From a virus (lineage: Duplodnaviria > Caudoviricetes), in IMG/VR virus record IMGVR_UViG_3300012984_000010: a stretch of 64,000 nt of DNA; one strand, given 5' to 3'. Below the pieces are notes generated by a model. That model did no database searches, was not told the origin of the DNA, and was given only the letters and a program-made list of their open reading frames with translations. Both the position numbers and the translations under genes were made by a program. Positions 1 through 8,266 of this stretch are shown here, piece by piece. Each line of letters opens with the position of its first letter. The stretch's first letter is position 1.

Positions 1-1
1 A

Positions 2-127
2 GTCGCTACCGCGAAAGCGGAAGTGGCCACTTTCATGGCCCTCACCACCAAAGAACGTCCGCCAACGCTGGAGGATATCGAAAATGTTACCCCAGCCTTG
101 CCAGCCAGCACCGAAACTGGTGTATGA
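2..127 (+). CDS. 3' end of a hypothetical protein running in from the window edge
   Basis: Frame 2 is open from base 2 (VATAKAEVATFMALTTKERPPTLEDIENV...ETGV) to TGA at 125-127. Confidence 0.4.
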   Translation, partial: VATAKAEVATFMALTTKERPPTLEDIENVTPALPASTETGV

Positions 128-249
128 CATACCCAGCTAGGGTTGTTGACTGGCCCACCCCTCAACCACAACAACCCTAGCTAACTCTAAGTCCTCTGGC
201 GTGGCGCTTCCTTCCCAAAGCTGATACACGTCAGAGGCAATTATTTACC

Positions 250-714
250 ATGGACGAGATAGCATTCACCAGCGTCAGATTACCGTTCGGTTGGTTGGGC
301 AACATGTCGCCCTTCCCGCTCGAATATGACGGCCTTCTCTGGAGGACCTCAGAAGCGTTGTTCCAAGCCAGAAGGTTCGGCAACGAGCTGAGTATTCGTG
401 AGCTGATCCGTGCTGAGAAATCGCCAATGGCAGCCAAGATGGTGGCAAAGAAGTACCACCACTTGATGCAGCTCAAACCGTGTAGCCCAGAAGATGTGTC
501 GATGATGTCAGAGGTTCTGAACCTCAAGCTGACCCAACACCCGAATCTCCAAGACCAACTTAAGGCAACCTCAGGTCGCCAGATCATAGAAGATTGTACC
601 AAGCGTCAGCATGGTACTGGTTTGTTTTGGGGAGCTGCCCGACAGGCAGATGGCAGCTGGGAAGGCGCCAACACCCTGGGACATCTCTGGATGCGCATTA
701 GAGACACATTATAA
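250..714 (+). CDS. NADAR (YbiA-like) family protein
   Basis: Motifs LGNMSPFP, SEALFQA, AAKM.AK, KLTQHP.L...L.AT, IIED....FWG, GANTLG.LWM.IR. Confidence 0.9.
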   Translation: MDEIAFTSVRLPFGWLGNMSPFPLEYDGLLWRTSEALFQARRFGNELSIRELIRAEKSPMAAKMVAKKYHHLMQLKPCSPEDVSMMSEVLNLKLTQHPNLQDQLKATSGRQIIEDCTKRQHGTGLFWGAARQADGSWEGANTLGHLWMRIRDTL

Positions 715-802
715 GTGGTGGTTCTGAATCAGTCACCAAGGAAACCGGTGACTGTGGTTGGGCTTCGGCTATACCTTGGAGGCTGATTTAGAACTACCAC
801 TT
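713..802 (+). ncRNA. Structured intergenic RNA element (long stem with a two-hairpin head)
   Basis: 713-749 AAGTGGTGGTTCTGAATCAGTCACCAAGG pairs with CCTTGGAGGCTGATTTAGAACTACCACTT ending at 802, with G-U wobbles valid only on +; internal C(UUCG)G hairpin. Confidence 0.55.
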
Positions 803-828
803 AACTTCGCTGGTGTTGGTCCGTTATA
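801..828 (+). promoter_or_regulatory. Class A promoter
   Basis: TTAAC-N15-CCGTTATA-N6-ATG(835). Confidence 0.75.
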
Positions 829-834
829 CCCAGT

Positions 835-1431
835 ATGAACCGAGCCGAATTCTTCGCCAAACTGGACCCTTTTTTCTCTCCTACCAGTCTGCTACAGATT
901 CAGGTGGCCTACACGTTCGCCAAGTTCGGCCATCGGGCTCAGGTGCGGAAAGAGAAGGATGAGTCTGGCAAGCCCCTTCGGTACTTTGAGCACGTTCGAC
1001 GGGTAGCGGTCAACGTTATCGACGATGCCAGGATCCCCCTCCCAGAATTGGTGGTGGCGGGACTGATCCACGATGGTATCGAGGATACACGAGACCTGAC
1101 CCCAGAGATGATCCAACACCTCTTTGGGGAAGATGTGGTGCGGATCGTCAAGACTCTGTCCAAAGTGCCGGAACAAGGTTATTTGGAACGATTCTATCTG
1201 TCGACTGATTGGCGTGCCTACGTCGTCAAAGCGTGTGACCGTCTCGACAATCTCAGGTCTTTGGGCGCCGCCTCTGCGGAATTTCAGGCAAAACAGATCA
1301 AAGAGACTCGGGAGAAGTACTATCCGCTGTTCGACCGGATGGTTGAGCTTACCCCTCCAGAGTACCTAGCTAGGGTTCGAAACCTTCGAGATCTGGTGAT
1401 CAAGCAGACGGAAGGCCACCGTATTCCTTAG
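835..1431 (+). CDS. HD-domain RelA/SpoT-type (Mesh1-like) small alarmone hydrolase
   Basis: A..FA..GH..Q.RK, Y..H...VA, AGLIHD.IEDT, FG..V...V..LSK, VK.CDRLDNLR. Confidence 0.85.
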   Translation: MNRAEFFAKLDPFFSPTSLLQIQVAYTFAKFGHRAQVRKEKDESGKPLRYFEHVRRVAVNVIDDARIPLPELVVAGLIHDGIEDTRDLTPEMIQHLFGEDVVRIVKTLSKVPEQGYLERFYLSTDWRAYVVKACDRLDNLRSLGAASAEFQAKQIKETREKYYPLFDRMVELTPPEYLARVRNLRDLVIKQTEGHRIP

Positions 1432-2039
1432 CTGTTTCTACCTTCGTAGGACTTAGCTACCGAGAACCTGGGGGATGCGTATCCGGTCCCATAGACCCAG
1501 ATCCAGGCCCCGTGCGTGCGGACACCGTAGCTTCCGACCTCGACACCATTCAGCTCCAGATCAAAACCCATGTCCATAGCTATGGGGGTCACTTCTAAGG
1601 TAGATGTCCCAGCTATCGATCCAAAGAACGTTTTGGCGTCATTGATCATCTGCTCCAATGCGGAACAGGCCCAAAGGCCTTTCTTACCACCACGGCTGAG
1701 AGCGATGTCTCGGTGAATCTCTATCAACTCGACCTTCATGAAGGCTCGTTGATGTTCCTGATCTAGGCGATCGTCCCTGAAGCAGGGGGTGACCGCCACA
1801 TACTTGCCGTCCAGCTTCTGCTCGTCCACAACCGTCATCTGGATGAACGATTGCTCGGCCGAACCAACCAGATCTCCAAAGACGCAGGAAATTGGAACGT
1901 GGTCCTCAGGGAGAGTTTTCAGTATCGCCTCGCGACTGACCAGCCAAGGCACCTCCAAGTATCTGTATCCAGCCTTGGTGTAGAATGAGACCGCCTCGGC
2001 AATGTGTTGCCAGTCGATCGGAAACACCTCCCTAGTCAC
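1428..2039 (-). CDS. Class II aminoacyl-tRNA-synthetase-like catalytic-domain-only protein (EpmA/AsnA-like)
   Basis: Motif 2-like TPCFRDD..D..H...FMKVEL, DLELNGVEVGSYG, motif 3-like GTG...PR; start revised to GTG 2039, overlapping the upstream TGA. Confidence 0.7.
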   Translation of the reverse strand: MTREVFPIDWQHIAEAVSFYTKAGYRYLEVPWLVSREAILKTLPEDHVPISCVFGDLVGSAEQSFIQMTVVDEQKLDGKYVAVTPCFRDDRLDQEHQRAFMKVELIEIHRDIALSRGGKKGLWACSALEQMINDAKTFFGSIAGTSTLEVTPIAMDMGFDLELNGVEVGSYGVRTHGAWIWVYGTGYASPRFSVAKSYEGRNS

Positions 2040-2356
2040 TTCCGATCTCCTGATTCGAAGGCCCGCCTGGTGGCGGCCGCCATCTTGGCCAACTCTCCCA
2101 TATCGGTCCCCAACTGTTCGGCCACTCCTTCCAGAGCTCCGTACAGGTCCGCCAGCTCGCACAGGGCTAGGATACTATTCCGCTGTTCGAGCGCCTCCTC
2201 TAGCTCGTCCAATTCCTCGCGAATCTTCGAGGTCTGCCCATACGTGCCTCGGACGGTGATTGGGCGTAGATGGTAGCCTGGTTTGGGTTGGTCGGGGAAC
2301 AACGGAACTGATGAAGCCAACTCATCAGTTCCGACAGGGAGGGTTCTGAACGACAT
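2036..2356 (-). CDS. MazG-like / all-alpha NTP pyrophosphohydrolase family protein
   Basis: SKIREELDELEEA...LCELADLYGA acidic helical motif; class B motif 8 nt before ATG. Confidence 0.6.
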   Translation of the reverse strand: MSFRTLPVGTDELASSVPLFPDQPKPGYHLRPITVRGTYGQTSKIREELDELEEALEQRNSILALCELADLYGALEGVAEQLGTDMGELAKMAAATRRAFESGDRK

Positions 2357-2364
2357 CCCGCCAT

Positions 2365-2381
2365 TACACCGTGCTGGTGTA
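2365..2381. promoter_or_regulatory. Divergent class B motif pair
   Basis: TACACC-N5-GGTGTA, 8 nt from both ATG 2356(-) and ATG 2390(+). Confidence 0.7.
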
Positions 2382-2389
2382 CGATTAAC

Positions 2390-2695
2390 ATGCCCGAACT
2401 GGATCCCAGCGTCTGTTACGTCTGCTGTCGGAAGAAAAAACCTACATACGCCAATTTAGGTCTGTGTCGGTTCTGCTATCAATCATTGGTGCGCACCGAT
2501 GGGGCGTTGTCCAATCGTGTAGCATCGATGATGTGGGCTGCCGATCGAGCTAGGAAGGCGCAACGTAAACCGTCCGTTAAAGCAACGAAATTGCTGAATA
2601 AACTGATCAAGACATCTAAAACACCAGCTCCTGTGGACTTGAGCAAGCTCGACCCCTCTTTCTTGGCTAAAGTATTTGCAGAATCAGGTGAATGA
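2390..2695 (+). CDS. Hypothetical protein with Cys motifs
   Basis: CYVC...CRFC; class B motif; ATGA overlap with the next gene. Confidence 0.7.
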   Translation: MPELDPSVCYVCCRKKKPTYANLGLCRFCYQSLVRTDGALSNRVASMMWAADRARKAQRKPSVKATKLLNKLIKTSKTPAPVDLSKLDPSFLAKVFAESGE

Positions 2696-3393
2696 TGATC
2701 AAATATCCCAAGACACCTCGCCTCAAGTCTGTGCTGGAAGACGACAAGCTGCTCAAGTCGTGGCGCAAACATCATACCGTCATCTCGGAAAAACTAGATG
2801 GGGCGAACGCTGGCATCAGCTTCAGTCCAGAGGGTCTGCTGATGCTCCAAAGCCGGGGCCACGTCCTCACAGGAGGCCATAGGGAGCGTCAATTCGAACT
2901 TTTCAAGCAGTGGGGGCACGGCAATCTGCAGGCCCTCTACGGGGCACTGGGGGACCGTTATGTGCTATTTGGAGAATGGCTCTATGCCAAGCACAAGATC
3001 TTCTACGACGCCCTACCAGGGTACTTCGTCGAGTACGATGTCTACGACAAGGAGAAAGAACACTTCATGTCGACCGAACGGCGGGCCCAGCTGATTGGGC
3101 AACTAGGTATCCCTCCAGCTCCTATCCTTCATCAAGGCACGTTCGGCAAGATCAATAGTTTTGCCAAGTACATAGGAGATTCGGCTTTCAAGACGGTCGA
3201 GTGGAAGCGACATCTTGAATCGTTGGAAGGAACAGATGACTCAACCTTGATGGAGGGTATCTACATCAAGGTTGAAGATGAAGAGAAGGTGGTTGGCCGA
3301 ATCAAGTTCCCTCGCCCTGAATTCGAGAAAATAAGGGACGACAACACCGACTGGCTGCGTCGGCCGATCATCAAGAATCTACTTCAGGGGTGA
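2692..3393 (+). CDS. ATP-dependent RNA ligase family protein
   Basis: KYPKTP, motif I SEKLDGAN, QSRGH, FGEWLYAKH, YF..YDVYD, MEG.YIK. Confidence 0.85.
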   Translation: MMIKYPKTPRLKSVLEDDKLLKSWRKHHTVISEKLDGANAGISFSPEGLLMLQSRGHVLTGGHRERQFELFKQWGHGNLQALYGALGDRYVLFGEWLYAKHKIFYDALPGYFVEYDVYDKEKEHFMSTERRAQLIGQLGIPPAPILHQGTFGKINSFAKYIGDSAFKTVEWKRHLESLEGTDDSTLMEGIYIKVEDEEKVVGRIKFPRPEFEKIRDDNTDWLRRPIIKNLLQG

Positions 3394-3674
3394 CAGAGGT
3401 CACATGCGGGGCTACTGCAGGCACAGTAAACACCAGCGGTAGTCTTGACCATATCGGGAGGTAGTGATACGGCCTTCAAAGCAGGAAAGGGCAACGATAG
3501 TTGCGGACAACTCTCGTGTTGAGCGATGAAGCTTTCCGAATCGGTCATCACCTGCCCCAGCGGAATAGGAAGTTTCAGTGGTTCCTCTGTGCCGCATTGT
3601 CTGCAATGAAATACTGGCGGTTGAACGTCACACTTGAGTACGATATGTGGAGCCCATTCTCGGATATCTTGCAC
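3384..3674 (-). CDS. Hypothetical Zn-finger-like protein
   Basis: HCRQCG...H..C and C-terminal CAC...CDLCH. Confidence 0.6.
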   Translation of the reverse strand: MQDIREWAPHIVLKCDVQPPVFHCRQCGTEEPLKLPIPLGQVMTDSESFIAQHESCPQLSLPFPALKAVSLPPDMVKTTAGVYCACSSPACDLCHP

Positions 3675-3704
3675 AGGAGGCCTCTCTAGTTGGGGAGTTT
3701 GATC

Positions 3705-3720
3705 TACACCATTCGGTGTA
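3705..3720. promoter_or_regulatory. Divergent class B motif pair
   Basis: TACACC-N4-GGTGTA between divergent genes; spacing to starts is longer than usual. Confidence 0.55.
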
Positions 3721-3735
3721 TTGATTGATTGTCAC

Positions 3736-4059
3736 ATGGCTACTATTCCAGACGAACACAAGAATCTTGATCATATCAACCTGTTGGGGTGGTACGATCA
3801 GAAAGGTACTGCCTATCTATCCACGTGGGAGGGAGAGGGACAGATTGTGAACGTTGTGATCCTAGGTTTGAACGGGCGCGACATGCCTCTGTGGAGGACG
3901 GCTGTGCCGGACGGATGTGAACTAGAGGTGATCCCTCCTGAGATCACTAGGAAAGACTTCGTCGCATACGCAACCCAGCGCAACGGAGTCTATGCTTTCG
4001 GATTCTATTGCCCTAAAGGGGTGGTTCGATGGAAGTGGGTTGATGACCCTGCTTGCTAG
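3736..4059 (+). CDS. Hypothetical protein
   Basis: ORF; ATG 3736 preferred over TTG 3721. Confidence 0.6.
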   Translation: MATIPDEHKNLDHINLLGWYDQKGTAYLSTWEGEGQIVNVVILGLNGRDMPLWRTAVPDGCELEVIPPEITRKDFVAYATQRNGVYAFGFYCPKGVVRWKWVDDPAC

Positions 4060-4063
4060 ATCC

Positions 4064-4205
4064 GTCATCAGGCCAGCGTCCTCACCGGGTTTATCGGAGC
4101 TTCTAGATCACCCTTTCCAAGCTACGCCTTTCAACGTGTGGTTTTAATCCGCTTTCGCAGACAAGGGATTTTCTAAAGATCCACCTGCTCAACTGACCTG
4201 ATGAC
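4064..4205 (-). ncRNA. Candidate 142-nt multibranch structured RNA
   Basis: 13-bp closing stem GTCATCAGGTCAG/CTGGCCTGATGAC (G-U on - strand, C-A mismatch on +); internal hairpins TCTGC-GAAA-GCGGA and ACGTT-GAAA-GGCGT. Confidence 0.6.
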
Positions 4206-4250
4206 TAAGCTCGCCCACGTCTAGCTCGCAACGAACCTAGCTGTAGTGTA

Positions 4251-4460
4251 TCACAGTTTGGGTCGCTTGGAAACAAGTTCGAACTCAGCACTAGAAGGAT
4301 CGTACTTGTAGGTGTAGCCGTTGTAGGTATTCTTGAGGAGCAGATATTCGAGCTGTTCCGCTTTCCTACGAATGTAGGTCTCGGCTGACAATTCATCCTG
4401 AAACATAGTGACGAGACGTCCCCTTAGGTCCAACACCCAGAATTGGAAAATCCAACGCAT
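4251..4460 (-). CDS. Hypothetical protein
   Basis: ORF with TAATG coupling to the upstream gene. Confidence 0.55.
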   Translation of the reverse strand: MRWIFQFWVLDLRGRLVTMFQDELSAETYIRRKAEQLEYLLLKNTYNGYTYKYDPSSAEFELVSKRPKL

Positions 4461-4924
4461 TAGGTCTTCGGCTTAGAACTGGGCTTGCGGCACGGTTCTT
4501 GTTTGGGGTCCGACAAGAACCGCCCCCGCTTGTCTAGCTCGACCGCCACCTTGAGGGCCCGCAGAGCCTTGCGGAATTCTGGCCTTTTAGCCCATCTGTT
4601 GGCCAACCGCTCGGTATTCCAACATTGAACCCGTGGCCAGGCGCCGACAGGGAACAGCTGCCCTCCGATAGGGCAAGCTTTTGCTGATGTTAGCTGACAC
4701 CCAAATCGGGGGGTTTCCGACATAGGATCGACAATTCGGGCCGGCATACAGCAGAAAGGGCATCTGGCCGGCAGGTCCTCAGGGCCGTGAACCCATACAA
4801 ATTCGGCCTCATCCCCTTGGGCGTAGCAAGCCGTCAAACTCTTATGGCAGATAGTGCAATACATCGAATAGCCGGTTCTCAGGCTATAATTCGTGTAGGG
4901 AACTTCTCCACAACAAGTTTTCAT
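4460..4924 (-). CDS. Hypothetical Cys-rich (Zn-ribbon-like) protein
   Basis: CC, CTIC, CPFC, C..CP motifs; class B motif (4935-4940) 10 nt before ATG. Confidence 0.7.
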   Translation of the reverse strand: MKTCCGEVPYTNYSLRTGYSMYCTICHKSLTACYAQGDEAEFVWVHGPEDLPARCPFCCMPARIVDPMSETPRFGCQLTSAKACPIGGQLFPVGAWPRVQCWNTERLANRWAKRPEFRKALRALKVAVELDKRGRFLSDPKQEPCRKPSSKPKT

Positions 4925-4960
4925 GGGATGTTTTTACACCGTCTAGGGAGGAGGTCCCCA

Positions 4961-5230
4961 ATGGAATTTAGAGCGGACACGAACCTGCCTGAGGAAGAGT
5001 TGCTGGAGATCGGCACGTACCTGGGCGGAATCCTCGCCAATGAGTTGAAGCGTAACCCTTCAGAAGTAAGGGTCAGGGTTGAGATGCAGGAGTCTCCGGA
5101 AGATCCTGAAACTATCGACATCCTCTACCATATCAGCATCAACAACCAACCTCCGAACGATCTGGAACTGTACCAAGCCCACCAGCTCTTTGAGAAGTTG
5201 ATGGGTTACGAAGAAACGATGCTCAATTGA
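4961..5230 (+). CDS. Hypothetical protein
   Basis: Strong SD GGAGGAGG before ATG 4961 (start revised). Confidence 0.7.
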   Translation: MEFRADTNLPEEELLEIGTYLGGILANELKRNPSEVRVRVEMQESPEDPETIDILYHISINNQPPNDLELYQAHQLFEKLMGYEETMLN

Positions 5231-5459
5231 CCGATTGTGGTCGTAGGGCACCTTTGGCTTCTAGGATAACCCTCTCTTCTACGGTGAAAAGGTTGGCTGG
5301 AAGAAGACTCATTACAAATTCTTCCTTAGCCAGCCTCCCTTCACTGACCTGCTGGGCCGCAGCTTGAAGCCTATCCCAAACAGGCTTCTGCAAACCCTCT
5401 GGTAACTGTTTGATCATGTCACCAATGGCATCAACAATGTCGGTTGCCTTGAGACTCAT
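5223..5459 (-). CDS. Hypothetical protein
   Basis: ATGA overlap at 5456-5459 gives start MSLKAT. Confidence 0.6.
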   Translation of the reverse strand: MSLKATDIVDAIGDMIKQLPEGLQKPVWDRLQAAAQQVSEGRLAKEEFVMSLLPANLFTVEERVILEAKGALRPQSVN

Positions 5460-5767
5460 GTTGCCTTTTTTCGGGCCTGTAGGGTCAGTTGACGGATACC
5501 TAGGCATTCTTGGACCACCGCAGTAGAGGCGGCGTCAATGTCGGCTGCCGATTCTGGAGTGATACCTTTCTCCAGCAAATCGATCAATCGGGTGGATTGC
5601 TCTCGAACGGCTCTAGCCCTCTTTAGGCTTTCCTGAGAAGGGAGAGTTTTCAACACACCATGGGCGCCGTCCAGAATGTGGGAAGCAGCCTCGAAACGCT
5701 TTCGAGCTTCCTCGGCATCAGTACCAGGGATTGTTGGGAGCACGCTGCTGTTACGGCGTCGATACAT
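5456..5767 (-). CDS. Hypothetical helical protein
   Basis: SD AAAGGA upstream; class A promoter at 5802-5830. Confidence 0.65.
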   Translation of the reverse strand: MYRRRNSSVLPTIPGTDAEEARKRFEAASHILDGAHGVLKTLPSQESLKRARAVREQSTRLIDLLEKGITPESAADIDAASTAVVQECLGIRQLTLQARKKAT

Positions 5768-5801
5768 GATAGGGTCCTTTGAGCAATTTTCTCATACGAC
5801 A

Positions 5802-5830
5802 CCATACGGCCGTCCTCTATCGTGACTTAA
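5802..5830 (-). promoter_or_regulatory. Class A promoter (variant)
   Basis: TTAAG-N16-CCGTATGG-N6-ATG(5795; 14-codon uORF). Confidence 0.5.
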
Positions 5831-6076
5831 GGAGCCAGGTATTACAGGTGTATCGAAATAATCAAGTCCCAATCACCACCAAGATCCCTAGTACCACACA
5901 AGCGGCCATGAACCCGTGCCAGAAACCCTCTTTGTAGTTCTCCATGGGCGCCACGATAATCTAGGCGGTCTTGAGGGCCAAGTTTTGGTGTAAGTTGTAA
6001 GCAATCCAGAAACGTCGGGGCTGCTTTGGTTTCTGGGGCTGTTGTTGGTCCAGCCCGACCGGCAACGAGATTCTGC

Positions 6077-6244
6077 ATGTCCAATTTAGACCCGACTGAA
6101 CGCCAGTCAGAGAAAGACTCTTCCCGAGAGGCGGATGAAATAGCGCTTACCAGGGGGACACCTCCTAGCGAGATAGAAGCCAAGAATGCTTTCTTGCTCG
6201 CTAGCCGAACAATCATACACTGGAAGCGTTCCAAACCTCTATGA
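6077..6244 (+). CDS. Hypothetical protein
   Basis: ATG 6077; stop overlaps the next start (ATGA). Confidence 0.45.
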   Translation: MSNLDPTERQSEKDSSREADEIALTRGTPPSEIEAKNAFLLASRTIIHWKRSKPL

Positions 6245-6492
6245 ACTATCTAGGCTGGCTGGGAGCCGCTCTTTTCACTTTCGCATCCGTCCCCCAAGTG
6301 ATCAAAGTTTGGAGGGAAGGGCACGCCCGTGGAATGTCCTGGGGCTACTTGTTGCCCATATGGGTAGGTTTTTGGTGCATGGGGGTCTACACGATCCAGA
6401 CCCGTGCTGGTGTAGCTTTGACATACAGCTATACGTTACAGCTCGTCGCCTTCACAGCGATGATTGTCAGAAAACGATTCCCCAGAGCCTAA
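6241..6492 (+). CDS. PQ-loop / SemiSWEET-family membrane protein
   Basis: 83 aa, three TM segments, GWLG...F....PQVIK..R...ARGMS. Confidence 0.85.
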   Translation: MNYLGWLGAALFTFASVPQVIKVWREGHARGMSWGYLLPIWVGFWCMGVYTIQTRAGVALTYSYTLQLVAFTAMIVRKRFPRA

Positions 6493-6567
6493 TCCTTTGG
6501 TGTATACTCTATTACGGGTCATCATACCCCAAGGAGAAATCGGAACCTCCGGTTGAAGTAAGTCAGA

Positions 6568-7008
6568 ATGGGAAACAGATTGTTTGTTGGTAATCTCTCG
6601 TACAATACGAGCGAAGATGAGTTGAAGACAGTGTTCGCACAAGCAGGGTCAGTCACCAGTGTGCGGATCATCCTGGATCGAGAAACAGGACGAAGCAGGG
6701 GATTTGCCTTCGTCGAACTGAAATCCGATTCGGAAGCAGCCGAGGCGATCGAAACGCTGGACGGCTTGTTGGTAGGAGGCCGAGCCTTGTCGGTCCGCGA
6801 AGCTGAGGACCGCCCACCCCGTCAAAACGGTGGTGGTACTGGAGGCGCCTACGTCAGTAGGCCAGGACCTTCTATCCCCCATCGACCGCAAAGTCGACCC
6901 GCCTATGCCGACTCCCCTCCCCCTGAACTGCCACCCACTGGCAGGAAACAGGGTGGGAAGCAGAAGCGAGATCGAGACCGTCGCAATCGAGACCAAGATT
7001 GGGACTGA
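6568..7008 (+). CDS. RRM (RNP-1) RNA-binding protein with Gly/Pro/Arg-rich tail
   Basis: RNP2 LFVGNL, RNP1 RGFAFVE, DRETGRSRG. Confidence 0.95.
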   Translation: MGNRLFVGNLSYNTSEDELKTVFAQAGSVTSVRIILDRETGRSRGFAFVELKSDSEAAEAIETLDGLLVGGRALSVREAEDRPPRQNGGGTGGAYVSRPGPSIPHRPQSRPAYADSPPPELPPTGRKQGGKQKRDRDRRNRDQDWD

Positions 7009-7010
7009 AC

Positions 7011-7042
7011 AAAAAGGCCGGACAATCCGGCCTTTTTCTTTT
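7011..7042 (+). terminator. Rho-independent terminator (probably bidirectional)
   Basis: AAAAAGGCCGG-ACAAT-CCGGCCTTTTTCTTTT directly after the RRM stop. Confidence 0.85.
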
Positions 7043-7057
7043 GGTGTATTGACCTGC

Positions 7058-7321
7058 ATGGCGATCAAAGATTTACTCAACGAGATTGGCGAAGCGGTAG
7101 AAGGCCTGGTAGACGGTATCTTTGATATTGAGGATGACGAGCCCGATCGTCTTGAGGTCTACAAGGAACTGGGGTTGTTGACCACCGACAAACCCAAAGA
7201 TGCGGAACGCCGAGCTTTAGGGATCTACCTCAGCATTGTGCGCCACATCAAAGCGGGCGGATCAGTCAAGTTCCTCAGCCCCGATGGTAAGATTCGAACC
7301 CTCAAGGTACCGTTAAGGTGA
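7058..7321 (+). CDS. Hypothetical protein
   Basis: Class B motif (7043-7048) 9 nt before ATG 7058 (start revised). Confidence 0.7.
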   Translation: MAIKDLLNEIGEAVEGLVDGIFDIEDDEPDRLEVYKELGLLTTDKPKDAERRALGIYLSIVRHIKAGGSVKFLSPDGKIRTLKVPLR

Positions 7322-7743
7322 TCTACTGGGAAGAGAACTCCGTTGAAGGTAATTGGTTCGACACCCTTTACCGACGGAACGGCAGCTACGTGTTCGACTT
7401 CAGCCGCTGGATTTGGGTTCATCAGCTTGGAACCGTCAAACAAGGGGCCTCAACCTCCTACTACGAACACCCAGAGTTTTGGGCCGGTGTGGTTGATGTT
7501 TTGTCTGACGCCAAGCGAGCGCATGGGCAGAGACTACCAGATCACACGATCGTTCGTTGGAGCTGTTTCTCTGACCCAACTTCGGAGCAGATTGAGAAGT
7601 GTGTTCGTCCAAACAGCACGTTCAACTCTAGATTTGTGCAGATTGCCGTCGCTAGAGTCAATCTTCGACAGGGGGAACCGAAGCTTTTGAGGAAAGAGTG
7701 GGTGGGTCAACCTGATTGGTTCGACAAGCCTGCTCAGTCCTGA
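7318..7743 (+). CDS. Hypothetical protein
   Basis: GTGA overlap with the upstream stop. Confidence 0.6.
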   Translation: MIYWEENSVEGNWFDTLYRRNGSYVFDFSRWIWVHQLGTVKQGASTSYYEHPEFWAGVVDVLSDAKRAHGQRLPDHTIVRWSCFSDPTSEQIEKCVRPNSTFNSRFVQIAVARVNLRQGEPKLLRKEWVGQPDWFDKPAQS

Positions 7744-8047
7744 GACGATCGATTTGTCTCTGTAGGTGAGATACGTACCGGTCAGTGGCTTCATCGATCG
7801 CCTCCTGGGAGGTCATGATGGACCCGTACTCGCTACGGGCTACAATCTGATGTTCCGCGTGGAGCCTGAACCAATTGGGGTCTAGGTACCGTTCCTCGAT
7901 CTTCACTGAAAGAGGACTATCGGCCAGGGCCCCGATCTGTTTGGCGTAGGGGATAAGCTCCGCCAACATCGCCCCCATGCGATTAGCATTCAGAATGTCG
8001 TGTTGATCCGCACAATCGATGCAGTATAGGTGCCAGTATTCACTCAT
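7658..8047 (-). CDS. Hypothetical protein
   Basis: MSEYWHLYCIDC...; ATG 8047 preferred. Confidence 0.55.
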   Translation of the reverse strand: MSEYWHLYCIDCADQHDILNANRMGAMLAELIPYAKQIGALADSPLSVKIEERYLDPNWFRLHAEHQIVARSEYGSIMTSQEAIDEATDRYVSHLQRQIDRLRTEQACRTNQVDPPTLSSKASVPPVED

Positions 8048-8266
8048 TTGGTCAAATGGTACCACATTTGAGCCACCTTGACACACTGAAAATTGCGTGA
8101 TAAAGGAACGGTCGGCCCTTCCTTTGGGCCAGCACCGTCAACCGGTCTTCCCATACAGGACCTTGTTTGATGGCAAAGTGGGTACGCGCCTGCATGGGAT
8201 TTTGACTTGGTGCTTCGGATCGGATTGAGAGTATGGGTCTCAGCATCCGATCTTGTCGAGGTCCCA

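Noticed and set aside
4198-4245. Hammerhead-like CTGATGA cores (4198 on +, 4065-4071 on -, and GTGATGAG near 57097 on -)
   Set aside because: No correctly placed stem II plus GAAA. The 4.1-kb copies are simply the two arms of the closing helix.
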